A DNA stretch of 64,000 nt from an uncultured Planctomycetota bacterium. GTDB lineage: Bacteria > Planctomycetota > Planctomycetia > Pirellulales > Lacipirellulaceae. Shown here piece after piece: positions 32,311 through 43,445 of this stretch (its first letter is position 1; the number at the start of each line of letters is the position of its first letter). The notes beneath the pieces were generated by a model. It was not told the DNA's origin and did not search any database. It saw only the letters and a program-made list of their open reading frames with translations. The DNA is taken from contig CAVRBU010000001.1 in the NCBI GenBank assembly GCA_963719315.1, forward strand, positions 512,001 to 576,000, given 5' to 3'. Made by a program: the position numbers and the translations under genes.

Positions 32311-32783
32311 AGTTTTGCGCGAGCGCTTTGCGCAATGGAAATCGCAAGTCATTGAGGGGCAAGGGAGTACGATTGTGCGGGCGCGTGAAATTTTTTTTTC
32401 GCGTGCAAAAGTCCTCCTTTTTGCACGGCGCGTCGGGCAGCGAACCACTGGGAATCCAGTGGTTCGCGCGTGCGCGAGGCGTGCAAAAGTAGGCGAGTTT
32501 GCTCACTAAGAAACTCATTCCTGGCAGGATTTAGCGGTTCGCCAGAGCGATCGAGCCTTGAAAATGTGGCGATTTTTGCGGCGATTTACGCTGTTCCGGC
32601 CCTTCGGCCAGCTTTGGGCAAAAAGGAGCGAGCGGGCGGAAGACCGCGCGCAACCTCTGGCTGATAGCTAACAGCTAATGGCTAACAGCTTATTCTAGAT
32701 TTTCAAAGAGCAAACGCCGTCACAGTGCGGCGTGATGAGACTGTAGCAGATTGGCCGTGGCGATTCTACAATTATTCTTGGCC
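32311..32783 (-). repeat. Dispersed non-coding element, copy B
   Basis: Homologous to 19870-20409; TGCTCTTTGAAAAT at 32699-32712 (minus). Confidence 0.85.
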
Positions 32784-32997
32784 ACCGTGCGAGTACAAGC
32801 TGGTACTTGCTTCAATCGCGGCGAATACAATTCGCGAGAGTCAGACGCTGGCCGCTCCCACCATAGCCAATCTCGCGACCTCCGCCTGCTTGCCCTCACT
32901 CACAACGTCATGATTCTCGTGCTGATCGAGGTTTTCTACAGTGCCGTGGTGTCCATTTTTCCTTTTCGTGATGGCCCCTTTCCTTTCGCCACTCAAA

Positions 32998-33843
32998 TTA
33001 ACGCTTGGCGGCAAACTCCACCGTAAAAGTCCCCTCGATTTTCGCAAGTTGCCGGCCAGCGAACGGGTTGCTGCGGTCTCCGCCCTGGAGGTAGTAGCGC
33101 AGCGTTGCTTGGTTGTCTTTGTCGCCGCGGCCTACGTCGATCTTATATTCAGTGGCCGTCGCGCTTCCTGTAAACCACGCCCGTACTACGGGTCCTGGAA
33201 GATCCACATTTTTATACCTAAGGGCTTCGATACTACGGCTCGAGTCCCGAATGTCAAATCGTCTCTCCTCTACAGTGAAGGCCGATCCAGGAAGCCGATA
33301 AATGCCCTCGAAGTAATGACAATCGACTTGCTTGTATCCCTTTTGCAAAAGCTAACGTCCGGTCGATTCCAACCCCCCTTCGGGAATGGTCGCGTCTAAT
33401 AATTCGATATTTTGATTTACGAAGCAGGGCGTTCTTCGCAGGTTTTGAAAGGTGATTGCTTGCCGGTTCTGCTCCAAGTAAATCCAGCCGCTATCCATTC
33501 GAACTGATTTGCCGGGAAGGATTCTCTTCCATCCCGACACAAGCCATGAACGCGGCTGACTGTTGGGAACAGGCCGATACTCGGCAAATCGTGCCTCGAC
33601 GCTTTGAAGGTTTGTGATAATAACCTCGCCCCTAGCCGAGGATGCGGTTGCTGCCGTGATGAACAGGATGAACAGCAAGAACGCCGCGCGTGTGATTAAG
33701 CAGGGCCGGAGCATTTCGCCTAACGATTCGGTCATCATCTTCGTTACCTTAGTCCATGCAACTTTACGGAATGTCAACCATTTGCGTCGAGCAGCAATCT
33801 TCCGTAGGACGCGCGCGTTCAGTATGTTGGTAGGATCATTCAA
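32998..33843 (-). pseudogene. Hypothetical secreted protein with in-frame TAG at 33352-33354
   Basis: ORFs 33352-33843 and 32998-33348 share a frame; signal-peptide-like segment. Confidence 0.45.
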
Positions 33844-33938
33844 AGTGGGTAGAAGTCATCGTTCGCATCATTGACTCTCGTTGCTTTTACAGACGGTCGC
33901 TTGTTAGCATTGGACCATGACGAATAGTGTCGGTAAGC

Positions 33939-35210
33939 TCAATAGTTTGTAGGAGGCTGCATAATGAAGTCATCATGAAAGCCGTCGAGCTGTCCGCCGA
34001 ATTTGATGATTCGGCCTTTGACTTGTTTTTCGTCACCGCCGAAAAACCGCGGAAGTTCGGTATCGATTCGCGCGAGGTCGCCTGCCTGAAGTTCGGCAGT
34101 CCCTTCATTTCCAACGCGCTCAAGCACGAATTGAGGACCCGCTCGGCGTACAAGTTTCGTTGGTGAAAACACGGCTAGTTGGACATTAGTGTAACCAGTA
34201 CCCCCCGCCCCACTTATTACCAACGGGTAGTACACTGACGACGATTCAACGTGGTACAATACCGGAATTTTTGCTGGGCGAGGTTTATCGTCTGTTGCGA
34301 CTTGAGCTAATGGCTTTTGCACAACGAGATCAAGCACGAACCATTCATATCTGCTTCCACGGTATCGATCGATCGTAGTAAGCAATTTATCGGTGAGGAT
34401 TGGGGCGACGGCGTTTTGCCCATAACGATCCGCCAAGTAATTACGAAGAACGCCCCCTAACTCCTCCTGGATCGCCGACCGGCCGATCGAAGACAACCGA
34501 ACAGTGAGAAAGTCATGTACCCCGATCACAGCACTTGGCCCCAATTCATCGGCGGCTTTTCCCCCGTAGCCCTGCTGCTCTTGTAGTTTATCCTTGATCA
34601 ACTTGAACGCATCAGTACACGCATCTTCGTTCTTAGCCCTTTCAATCTTAATTGGCCGCCCAGGGAGCGGCATCATGGACATCATGGTCGCTTCGCCTTG
34701 AACAGGCTCATCATTGGTTTGAAGAATCATGATTTGCTCGTGGCCGTTCCACGCAATCATGGCGTCCTGATTTTCTTCTTTAAAGTATGCTTGTTGATTG
34801 TAGTAATTCGTGTAGTACACGGGTTCATCGATCGGTCCCGAGGGTCGAGGCACATTGCCCGGATGGGAGATTGGTTGCAGGTTGTTGATGTTCGTTACTG
34901 GGACATTCACATTCACATTGGTATTGGTATTGTTGTTGTTGTTGTTGATAAACGGCGGCCAAACATTTGGTGGGATGAAGTTTGGTCGCGGCCGAGGTCT
35001 CATTATGACTACGCCTGGCGGGCAAATTGGAATGAGAATGATTCGACAGCAATCGGCACGGGACTCGGGCAGAAGCATTCCAAGCACCGCGATTAGGAAT
35101 GCGGTTCCCAGACGAATCGTGTTTAAGAGCGGTCGAACCGTCAGAAGCTTGGCGGCCAAGCGAGTTATGAGGCAGTTCGTGTATTTCTCGTTTCTCATAG
35201 CAATCTCCAT
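33939..35210 (-). CDS. Hypothetical exported protein, DUF2330-like, with Asn-rich linker
   Basis: EENQDAMIAWNGHEQIMILQT, VIGVHD, VYYPLVIS; NNNNNNTNTNVNV tract. Confidence 0.6.
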   Translation of the reverse strand: MEIAMRNEKYTNCLITRLAAKLLTVRPLLNTIRLGTAFLIAVLGMLLPESRADCCRIILIPICPPGVVIMRPRPRPNFIPPNVWPPFINNNNNNTNTNVNVNVPVTNINNLQPISHPGNVPRPSGPIDEPVYYTNYYNQQAYFKEENQDAMIAWNGHEQIMILQTNDEPVQGEATMMSMMPLPGRPIKIERAKNEDACTDAFKLIKDKLQEQQGYGGKAADELGPSAVIGVHDFLTVRLSSIGRSAIQEELGGVLRNYLADRYGQNAVAPILTDKLLTTIDRYRGSRYEWFVLDLVVQKPLAQVATDDKPRPAKIPVLYHVESSSVYYPLVISGAGGTGYTNVQLAVFSPTKLVRRAGPQFVLERVGNEGTAELQAGDLARIDTELPRFFGGDEKQVKGRIIKFGGQLDGFHDDFIMQPPTNY

Positions 35211-35416
35211 AAATAGTCAATGGTGACATTGTGCGTATCCTGACATTCATCCTCGTAGAAAGCCCTGGCGTAGTTAAGCAGGCTTAAACGTCCGGCACGA
35301 TTTGCGTCATAACTTGGTGAAGCGCTCGCGCCGGAATTAAAGTTCATAGTTATGTTGATTGCCGATGCGGGCGAGGACAGGAGCAGGCAAAAAAGAAAAG
35401 ATAGACAGCGACGCAT
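35195..35416 (-). pseudogene. N-terminal fragment of a secreted protein
   Basis: Clear signal peptide (SPASA|INI) but ORF ends after 73 aa. Confidence 0.4.
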
Positions 35417-35735
35417 AGGATGCCTTGTTGCAAAATGTAAGAACAGTCGAAGCGTTTGTTGGCGGCCCTCCGCAAAATCAACTCGGTCGGGTCAGCGCGA
35501 TCGCAACCCCGCGGAGCGGCCGGTGACCCGCGTGAGGGCCGTTGGCCGGTGTGGGTTCGCCGGAGGCTCTGTCCCGACCGAATCAATCTGGGTTTGCACG
35601 CTTGGTGATGGGTGCTCCGGAAGTTAAGATGCAATCCTCATCGCTTTTTGCGCGGATTCTCGAAAAGTTTTCCGTTTTGTTGCGCCGACTGCCGCCAATC
35701 CCCAAAATGTCATCCGCTATGGTAAGCATCCGCTG

Positions 35736-36362
35736 ATGGAACCCGCTTCCAGCAATCTGAGTTTGAAGTTCCTGTTGGCGCCCGCCACGTCCGGCGACTT
35801 CGAGGCGCGCGAGGAATTGCTCGCGCTCTACCGCCCCTATCTGCGGTTCGTGGCTGGGCGACGCCTTCCCACCATGGTGCAAAAGCGAGTCGACGCCTCG
35901 GACCTTGTGCAGCAGACGCTGATCGATGCCGTGAGGGGATTGCCCGAGTTTCGCGGGCAAACGGAGCCCGAGTTCACCGCGTGGATGATGCGGCTGCTGG
36001 AGCGAAACTTGCTGCAGAGTGTGCGGAACAATACGCTCGCCAAGCGCGACGTGCGGCTGGAGCAGGATTGGGGTGATGGCAGCGGCTCGGCGGTTTTGAT
36101 GTGGCAGCAACTTGCAGCCAACGGCTCGTCGCCGATGAGTGGCGTGTTTCGGGGCGAGGCAGCTTTGCACCTGGCCGCGGCGCTGGAGGAATTGCCGGCC
36201 GATCAGCGCACTGCCGTGGAGATGCGTTATATTGGACAGCAGTCGCTCCAGGCAATTGCCGACGAAATGGAGCGGACCGTGGGGTCGGTCGCAGGGCTGA
36301 TCCGTCGCGGCGTGGCAGGCCTGCACTCGATGCTGCCGGCGGAGTTTGGGGAATTGAGATAG
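35736..36362 (+). CDS. ECF sigma factor, kinase-associated planctomycete type
   Basis: RVDASDLVQQTL..FRGQTEPEFTAW; region 4 LPADQR..IADEM. Confidence 0.92.
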   Translation: MEPASSNLSLKFLLAPATSGDFEAREELLALYRPYLRFVAGRRLPTMVQKRVDASDLVQQTLIDAVRGLPEFRGQTEPEFTAWMMRLLERNLLQSVRNNTLAKRDVRLEQDWGDGSGSAVLMWQQLAANGSSPMSGVFRGEAALHLAAALEELPADQRTAVEMRYIGQQSLQAIADEMERTVGSVAGLIRRGVAGLHSMLPAEFGELR

Positions 36363-36548
36363 CCGTCAGCCGTCAGTTTTCAACTAATGACAGTAGTTCC
36401 AAGTTATGAGAAAGAGGGCAGGAACACTAATCGTCGCTAATTTCCACTAATTCGAAATTGCGGAAATTAGTGAGAATTAGCGTTCCCCAGTTATTCATTG
36501 CCTCGCCAGTCTCGAAACTTGGAAGTACTGAATGAGTAACACCTATTC

Positions 36549-39500
36549 ATGGACATCCGTGACCGTCCAATGACGATGCATGAGGAGCCGGCTGAGGCGG
36601 CGCTCGCCGAGTATTTGCTGCGGCGCGATCGCGGACAGAGCGTCGAGCTCACAGAGCTCTTTGCGGCCTATCCGGGCTGCGAAGCGGAGCTGCGCGAGTT
36701 TGTGGCGCAGGAACGGGCCGTCCATCGGGCGATGGCCGGCGTCTCGCCTGCCACAGCACCGGCACAGAACCTGACCGGTCGCACGCTGGGCGATTTTCGG
36801 CTTGTTCGCGAGCTCGGCCGGGGCGGCATGGGCATCGTGTGGGAGGCCGAACAGCTCTCGCTGGCTCGCAAGGTGGCGGTCAAGCTGCTGCCCGCCGCGC
36901 TTTGCTCCGATCCCAGACATCGGTCGCGGTTCCAAAACGAAGCCCGGATACTGGCTCAATTGGAACATCCGAATATCGTCAATGTCATCGCAGTGGGCGA
37001 GGATTCCGAGGCCTACTTTTTCGCGATGCAGTTCGTCGACGGGATGACTGTGGAGAATCTCATTCGCATCTGGAGCGATTCCACACAACACAGTAAGGCG
37101 GCCGAGTCGGCGACCGTCGGCGCGCTCAGCGACACGATTGCCGACGATCGCAATGGGTCCATTGATCGCCGCCGCACGACCCATGCTACGCGTGGATTGC
37201 GGCGAGTGCGGAAGGCCGGCGGCGGTATCGGACCAGTGTTCGCATCGCGGCGGAAGTGGCCGACGGATTGGTACACGCCCATGCGTGCGGGGTACTGCAC
37301 CGCGACGTTAAGCCGTCCAACATTCTTCTCGATAAAACTGGCACCGCTCGGTTGACGGATTTCGGCCTCGCGCGGATGTACGGCGATGCCACGCTGACCG
37401 TGACGGGTACGATCCTGGGAACGCTGCGCTACGCCAGTCCGGAACAGTTGTGCGGCTCGCCAACCGGCGTCGATGAGCGGAGCAACGTCTACTCGCTCGG
37501 CGTCACGCTGTGGGAATTGATCACCGGAAAGCGGCTCCATCAAATTGACGATGAAAACACCGCGGTCGGCCGCATTCTAAATGTCGACGTACCCCGAGTG
37601 CGCCTGTACGACAACGGCGCGCCGCGCGATCTGGAGACCATCATCTCGCGGGCGACGGCGCGCGAGCCGGCAGACCGATACCAATCTGCCCAGGCGCTGG
37701 CCGATGATTTGCGCCGGTTTCTCGACGGACAGCCGATCGAGGCCAAGCCACTTTCACGGCTCGAACGGTCATTTCGCTGGGCAAATCGCAATCGCGTTCT
37801 GGCAACTTCGGCGGTTGCATCCTTGGTTGTCCTGGCTAGCGTGTCGCTCTTGGCCAGTGGCCTCGTGCTGCGGGCAAATTCGCACACGGCGGCGGCCCTC
37901 CAAACCAGTCGGGCCAATGAAGAGAAAGCTCGCCAGAACGCGGAGGCCGCCGAGGCGAGCGAACGCAAAACGCGCGAACTGCTGTGTGTGGCGGACATGT
38001 CGTTGGCGGGGGCGGCGTTGCACAATAATGAGCCAGCCCAGGTGCGGATGCTTCTCGACCGATATGCAACGCCCAAGGCACGCGGCAACGGCTCGGCGGT
38101 GGATGACCCGCGCGGCTTCGAATGGTATTTTCTGGATCGGCAGATTCGGCCGCCATCCGAACTGCTATTCCAGAACGACAAAGCGCTGTACGTGGTTCAG
38201 TTCGTCGGTGACGGCAAGCAGTTTTTGACCGCCGGAATGGATGGAATCATCCGCTGGCACGATACAAACTCGGGAAAGGTCTTGCGCAGCCTCGACACGC
38301 AGCAGGTGGAGGTGAATTGCGTTTCGTACAATCCGGCCGGGACAATCTTTGCGACCGCCGGCGACGACGGGACGGTCAAGATTTGGGATGCCACGGACCT
38401 ATCGTTGCGGCATTCCATGGCGGCTTACGACGGCAAATGTTTTTACGCCAAATTTCTCAACGACGAGTCGATCATCACCGGCGGGTATCGCAAAGGTCAT
38501 CGGCTTTACAATGTCACCACTGGCAAGCTCGTCCGTGAGTACACGCCCCAAACTCCAAAGCTACCAGCCGGGCGATGGGGACATTCGCTGAGCGGTTTCG
38601 TGGCAAGTGGTGGAGATCGCTTTTGGACAACGGAAACGTGGAGCGATAGTTTCATGTACCAAGGACTCTACGAATGGAACGTTGCTACGGGCAAATCTCG
38701 GAGACTGTCCGAAGATGTCGGTCTCTTCAACGTGTTGGCTGACCGGTCGCAGAAATTCCTGTTCCTGGCCGCCAATCAACAAGTCCGCATTTTGGATGCG
38801 AAGTCAGGAGTTGAAATACGATCGATCCAAATAGGCAATACCCTGGAAGCGATGGCCCTATCGCCAAGCGATAATCGACTGGTCGTAGGCGATTCCACGG
38901 GTCAGATTCATATTTGGAGCTTGGACTTGAGCAACCTCGAGGAAACCTCGGAAGACCACGAAACGATTTCAGTTCACAAAGAGGTCGTCTATTCGGCCGC
39001 ATTCGCGCCGGATGGAAAGTCCTTACTCACGGTAGGTCGCGACGGTTCGGTGCGAAGGACGCAGTTGGAGATCAACGAGATCGCATTTCGCGAATTGTCG
39101 TGGTTGAAGGACCGGCTGTGCGCTCCCATACCGGGCACCGATCTTGTGGTGGCCACCGTGCCCCTCGGTGTTTATGAACGCTCGAATGGAAAGCTGATCA
39201 AAGAACTCTCAGCGAATTATTATACGGAGGTGGCAGCCAATCGTGACGGCACGTTGATTGCGGCCGGATCGGGTCCTCATATTGAGGCGTGGAACCTGGC
39301 CACGGGAAATAGAATTCTCAAGGTGGAACAGAAACGAAGATGGGTAGGGATCCTGGATTTCTCCTCGGATAGCACATGGCTTGCGGAAGACTCTCACGAT
39401 GGCGTCGACAAGCGAATTGATCTCGTCAGCATGGCGACTGGGAAGTCTGAACGATATTCTTATGCTGCAAACTCCACATCGAACGGGATTTGTTTTTGCA

Positions 39501-39946
39501 TCAATGACGGCTTGGTAGCGTGGCTTCCCACTCCATGCAAGCTTGTTTGTTGGAACGTACCCGACAAGACCGTGCGCTGGGAGACGAAGGACTTTGAGCG
39601 GCATCAACGGAGCATGGCGATTTCCCCCGATAGGAAGCTGCTGCTAACCGCGGAGCGACGTGTGTTGACGCTATACGAATGCCTGACTGGAAAAGTTGTC
39701 TATGAAATGCCGTGCGAGTACCCGATCAGATCGCTCGCCTTTCTTGGCGACGGCCGAAGATTTGTGACTGGCGGCGAGCACGGAGAGTTGAGCATTTGGC
39801 ATGCCGCCTCCGGGCAACACCTGTTCGAGCTTGCCAATGTCGGATTGGAAATCCATTCAATTCATCCCCTGAGCAAAGGCTTTCTGGCATCAACCTGGCG
39901 GTTGAAAGAAGGGGGGCGGCAGGAGAGAAAGTGGCTAGAATTCTGA
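36549..39946 (+). CDS. Ser/Thr protein kinase with WD40 repeats, frameshift near 37150-37195
   Basis: LGRGGMG, VAVK, HRDVKPSN, DFG, YASPEQ; TM segment; WD-like repeats. Confidence 0.9.
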
Positions 39947-40080
39947 AGTTCAAGCGACGGAGTGCACACTTATTTTTGGCCAGCTAAAGATTCAATCGAT
40001 TGGCGCAGAAGTCGGTAATTTACGGGCAGCCGAAACGAGCTGCGGCCACTGAGTTTCCCTTCAGTTGCGTCCCACATTTT

Positions 40081-40503
40081 TTATTTCGAATGCGAAACAG
40101 ATCCGGTTCTTTTCATGTCAAACGTAAAGCTATTTTCATTGTTTGGTTTGACTTCGATTTCAAGAGGCGTCGTATCAGCCCGTTCGTATGCGGCTGGAAA
40201 ACGACTCTTACTGGGATCTTGGTTCCAATTTCGCTCAAGATCGGACACAGTCACAATGTGCTCGCCAACAATTGCACCATCGCCAGACTCAAACGTGGAC
40301 ATAACAAAATTGCCCTGCTCGTCCGTATTGCCGATTGCTGGTCGTCCCGCCTTGGGCGTGAATATCACGCGCGCCAACGTCGCCGGGCTACCATTGTACA
40401 ACAGGGTTCCGCGTGCAGGGACTGTCGGCGCGGTACCGGGATGCCCGCAGCCGACGAGGAGGATCGTTCCGAGAGTTCCCAATAGACGACAAACGCGATG
40501 CAT
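40081..40503 (-). CDS. Lipoprotein, carboxypeptidase-regulatory-like domain (DUF1559 partner)
   Basis: Lipobox LLVGC; G.TDEQGNF.MSTF..GDGA..GEH.VTV. Confidence 0.8.
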   Translation of the reverse strand: MHRVCRLLGTLGTILLVGCGHPGTAPTVPARGTLLYNGSPATLARVIFTPKAGRPAIGNTDEQGNFVMSTFESGDGAIVGEHIVTVSDLERNWNQDPSKSRFPAAYERADTTPLEIEVKPNNENSFTFDMKRTGSVSHSK

Positions 40504-40606
40504 TGAGTGGTCTCCTTGAATCCACATTGAATTCTATGAATGATTCTCCGACCCCCCCCCGCAGAGACAAGTTGTGGCGGGGATCCTAATTAATTGAGTA
40601 CAGAAG

Positions 40607-41585
40607 TCATTGGTTCGAGTCAGTAAGATCTCCGCCTGAGATCGTGGCCAATCCGCGATAGATCCTGATGTCGATCTCATCCGTCACGAAAGTCACACTT
40701 CCGTCGCAATTGCCGAAGTTTGCTCCGCCGGGATGCAGGCTATTAAAGGACATATTTCGCGACCACTCGGTCGGGCTACGGCTGTCCTCCAATGGAGGCA
40801 TGCGAGTTTGCGTGTTGAGAGGAATTGCACAAGTTGCCGTAGAACTGTTATTTCCGAACCACCAGCTCCAAACGGTGAAGAAGGGAATGCATTCACCGGC
40901 CGCAAATGTGTGGGATAACCCGTCCGTGACTTGGCGAAGTTTTTGTCCTGTTTGCCTCGGCACCGCTCAGATTGGGGGTTGGCGGCGTATCGAAACTATT
41001 CGAGCAGATCAGCCCGTTGCAGTGAAGCAAGCCATTCGTGTCGTGGGCGTTCTTGCCGGCGTCCGAAAAAATGCCAGGGAAGTCGCCCCACGCCCAATTG
41101 CTTCCGCTGCAGGCTTTGTAATTGGTGACGGCCAACTCGTTCGAATCGTAGGCGCGAAAATTCGACGGGTTGTAGTAGTCGCTCCGTCGAGCAAGTAATC
41201 CTTGGCCGTTCGTCCCATCGGACGGGCAGAGAAACGAATGGATCGGCGTGCGGGCGACCTCCAGATTGGTTCCGATCAGCGAAGGAAGCTTCGGATCGAT
41301 TCGGCTCGCCAGCGCCGATTCTTCAATCTGGGGCAGGATGCCTTGCATCCAGCTGATCGTAATGTAATCGGTCAGGGTCCAAGCCGTGCCGCTGGGCCGA
41401 AAGTTTTGAGGCATGCGGCCATGTGCCGATTCGTAAGTTTGCAACGCGAGCACGATTTGCTTGACGTTGTTGACGCACTGCGATCGCCGCGCCGCTTCTC
41501 TGGCCGCTTGGATCGCCGGCAAGAGCAGGGCCACGAGAATTCCAATGATGGCGATCACGACGAGCAACTCGACGAGCGTAAAACC
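40607..41585 (-). CDS. DUF1559 prepilin-like protein, mature part (frameshift at 40940-40944)
   Basis: [59 protein letters not shown]. Confidence 0.92.
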
Positions 41586-41663
41586 GTGTAGGGGCCTGGA
41601 GAAGTTGGTACACTTCTCCGTAATCGTTCTTTTGCTTTGGCCCCTGACACGGAGGAAGTTGCG

Positions 41664-42752
41664 ATGTCGAATGCGATTGGGTCGTTCGTGGGAGTGGATT
41701 TGCACAAGTGCACGGTGACGCTTGGCGCCGTCGGTCCACTGGGGGAGAAGATCGCTGGGCTCAAGATCAGCACCAAGAGTGTGGGAAAGATCGAAGAGTG
41801 GCTCGCGGCACTTCCGGAACCCGTTCACTTGGCGGTGGAAGCCTGCCCGTTCGTGGAATGGTTCATCGAGCGCTTCCGGCCGTGCGTCGATCGCATCGAC
41901 ATCGCCGATGCCACGGAGCTGGCCAACCGCCGGGGCAAGCGGCGGAAGACCGACCGTAACGACGCGCTGGACGTGGCGCGGCGCCTCGCCCGCGGCGAAT
42001 GCCCGCTGGGGTTCATCGCGCCGCCAGAGCTGATGCAACTCCGCAAGCTGGGGCGACACTGGCGCTCGTTGAGCCACCTGTTGTCGCGCACCAAGCATTC
42101 GATGAAGAGCATGCTCAATGCGGCCAACATCCGCGGACCGAAGTTCGACGGCGCCAGCGCTCAACGATGGTTTCTGGCCAACCGCGATTTGCTCGGTGCC
42201 GTTCAGCAGGATGCGTTTGCGGACTTCATCGATGTGCTGATGCTGGTAGAGCGACAACGCGAACGAATGCGGCGGCAGATGGTTTTCGCTTCCCGCAGCG
42301 GCAGCTATGCGCCCACGATCGCGCGACTCATGACGGTGCCCGGCATTGCCGAGATCTGGGCCACCATCATCGCCGCCGAGATCGGTCCCTTCGAACGCTT
42401 CCCCAACGCCGACGCGCTGGAGTTCTGGGCTGGCCTGACGGCCGACATGAAGGAGTCGGCCGGCCGCACCCAGAGCGGCCCCATCACCAAAGCGGGCTCG
42501 GCCACGCTGCGCTGGGCCCTGGCTCAGGCGGCCGTTACCCTCTGTCACTGCGACGCTCGGCAAGAAGCCATTCGCCAGCGCCTCATTGCACGGCTCGGCA
42601 AGGCGCGGGCCAACGTGGCGATGGCCCGCCGCCTGCTGCGAATCCTCTATGCCATGATGCGCGACGGCAAAGCATATCAAGGAGGACCGCGGCGAGATCG
42701 CACCGCAGCAGCCAACAGGACACGCCTCAGAAGAAAGAAACAAGTTGCTTAA
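41664..42752 (+). CDS. IS110 DEDD recombinase/transposase
   Basis: [18 protein letters not shown] (RuvC-like); VPGIA..AEIG..RF..ESAG..ITKAG; RBS GGAGG. Confidence 0.95.
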   Translation: MSNAIGSFVGVDLHKCTVTLGAVGPLGEKIAGLKISTKSVGKIEEWLAALPEPVHLAVEACPFVEWFIERFRPCVDRIDIADATELANRRGKRRKTDRNDALDVARRLARGECPLGFIAPPELMQLRKLGRHWRSLSHLLSRTKHSMKSMLNAANIRGPKFDGASAQRWFLANRDLLGAVQQDAFADFIDVLMLVERQRERMRRQMVFASRSGSYAPTIARLMTVPGIAEIWATIIAAEIGPFERFPNADALEFWAGLTADMKESAGRTQSGPITKAGSATLRWALAQAAVTLCHCDARQEAIRQRLIARLGKARANVAMARRLLRILYAMMRDGKAYQGGPRRDRTAAANRTRLRRKKQVA

Positions 42753-42789
42753 TTCCCCGGAGCAGAAGAACCCTGGAGAGAAAGAATTA

Positions 42790-43132
42790 TTGGTGATGTG
42801 CGGCGGAATCATTGTGGCGTCGCGCTGTGGCGCGTACGTCCCACTGCGTCGGTGACCGCGACCTGCCTTCATTCGGCTCAAGAGGCGCTTGTTCTCTTCC
42901 AGAGAAGACCCAGGCCCTGCCGGGTTCGCCTCTTGGTGACCGCGATAGTGTGAATTCGGCCCGACCGGTGCGAACAAGGTTTTTTTCAGCCCAGAATATA
43001 CGTAGCGGCAATGCGACCGCCACGTCCGGTGACTGCGTAGAGATGAATCCAACCGCCGCGTTGCCCAGCCCAGGCGACGCAGGACGGACGAACCGATTCC
43101 GCCAATACAACTCAGGGCATGAACCACCAATT
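42790..43132 (+). ncRNA. Putative bridge/seek RNA of the IS1111-like element
   Basis: Closing helix GGCGGAATC/GATTCCGCC; three GGTGACyGCG-N9/10-ATyC modules; segments matching target and IS end. Confidence 0.7.
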
Positions 43133-43214
43133 CACCGAGCGATGACCATGCCAGAACCATGAGACAAAGAATCTGGAGCAGTCGTTGACATACGGCCCCT
43201 ACAGAGATGAGACC

Positions 43215-43382
43215 ATGCAATGGAGGCGCGCCTCTTCGATCGAGGATTCGCCTTGGATAAGACGCGAACGCGAGTCCTCCGCGGCGGACTCGCCTACATG
43301 CCGTTCGGCTCGCGGCCGCGGCATCGCTGAAACACAGCGAGCCGCTCGCCGTTCTAGTCTTCCGTTTTGACAAAATACTCAT
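43215..43382 (-). CDS. DUF1559 gene 5' part (basic prepilin leader)
   Basis: [16 protein letters not shown] joins GFTLVE after IS removal; start uncertain (43382 or 43391). Confidence 0.7.
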
Positions 43383-43445
43383 CGTTCCCATCGCCGTTTC
43401 ATGACCAGATGAATTGAAGACCGCCGGACCGCATTATCCTTGGCG

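Larger units (their letters stand above)
41586..43214 (+). mobile_element. IS110 family, IS1111-like element, 1629 bp
   Basis: ACC core at both junctions; sub-terminal IR TGTAGGGGCC/GGCCCCTACA; removal restores ..[10 protein letters not shown]..; long 3' non-coding region. Confidence 0.9.

Noticed and set aside
43185..43214. Complete circle-junction promoter of the IS1111-like element
   Set aside because: A perfect TTGACA lies next to the right sub-terminal repeat, but I cannot identify a convincing -10 at 16-18 nt across the predicted junction.
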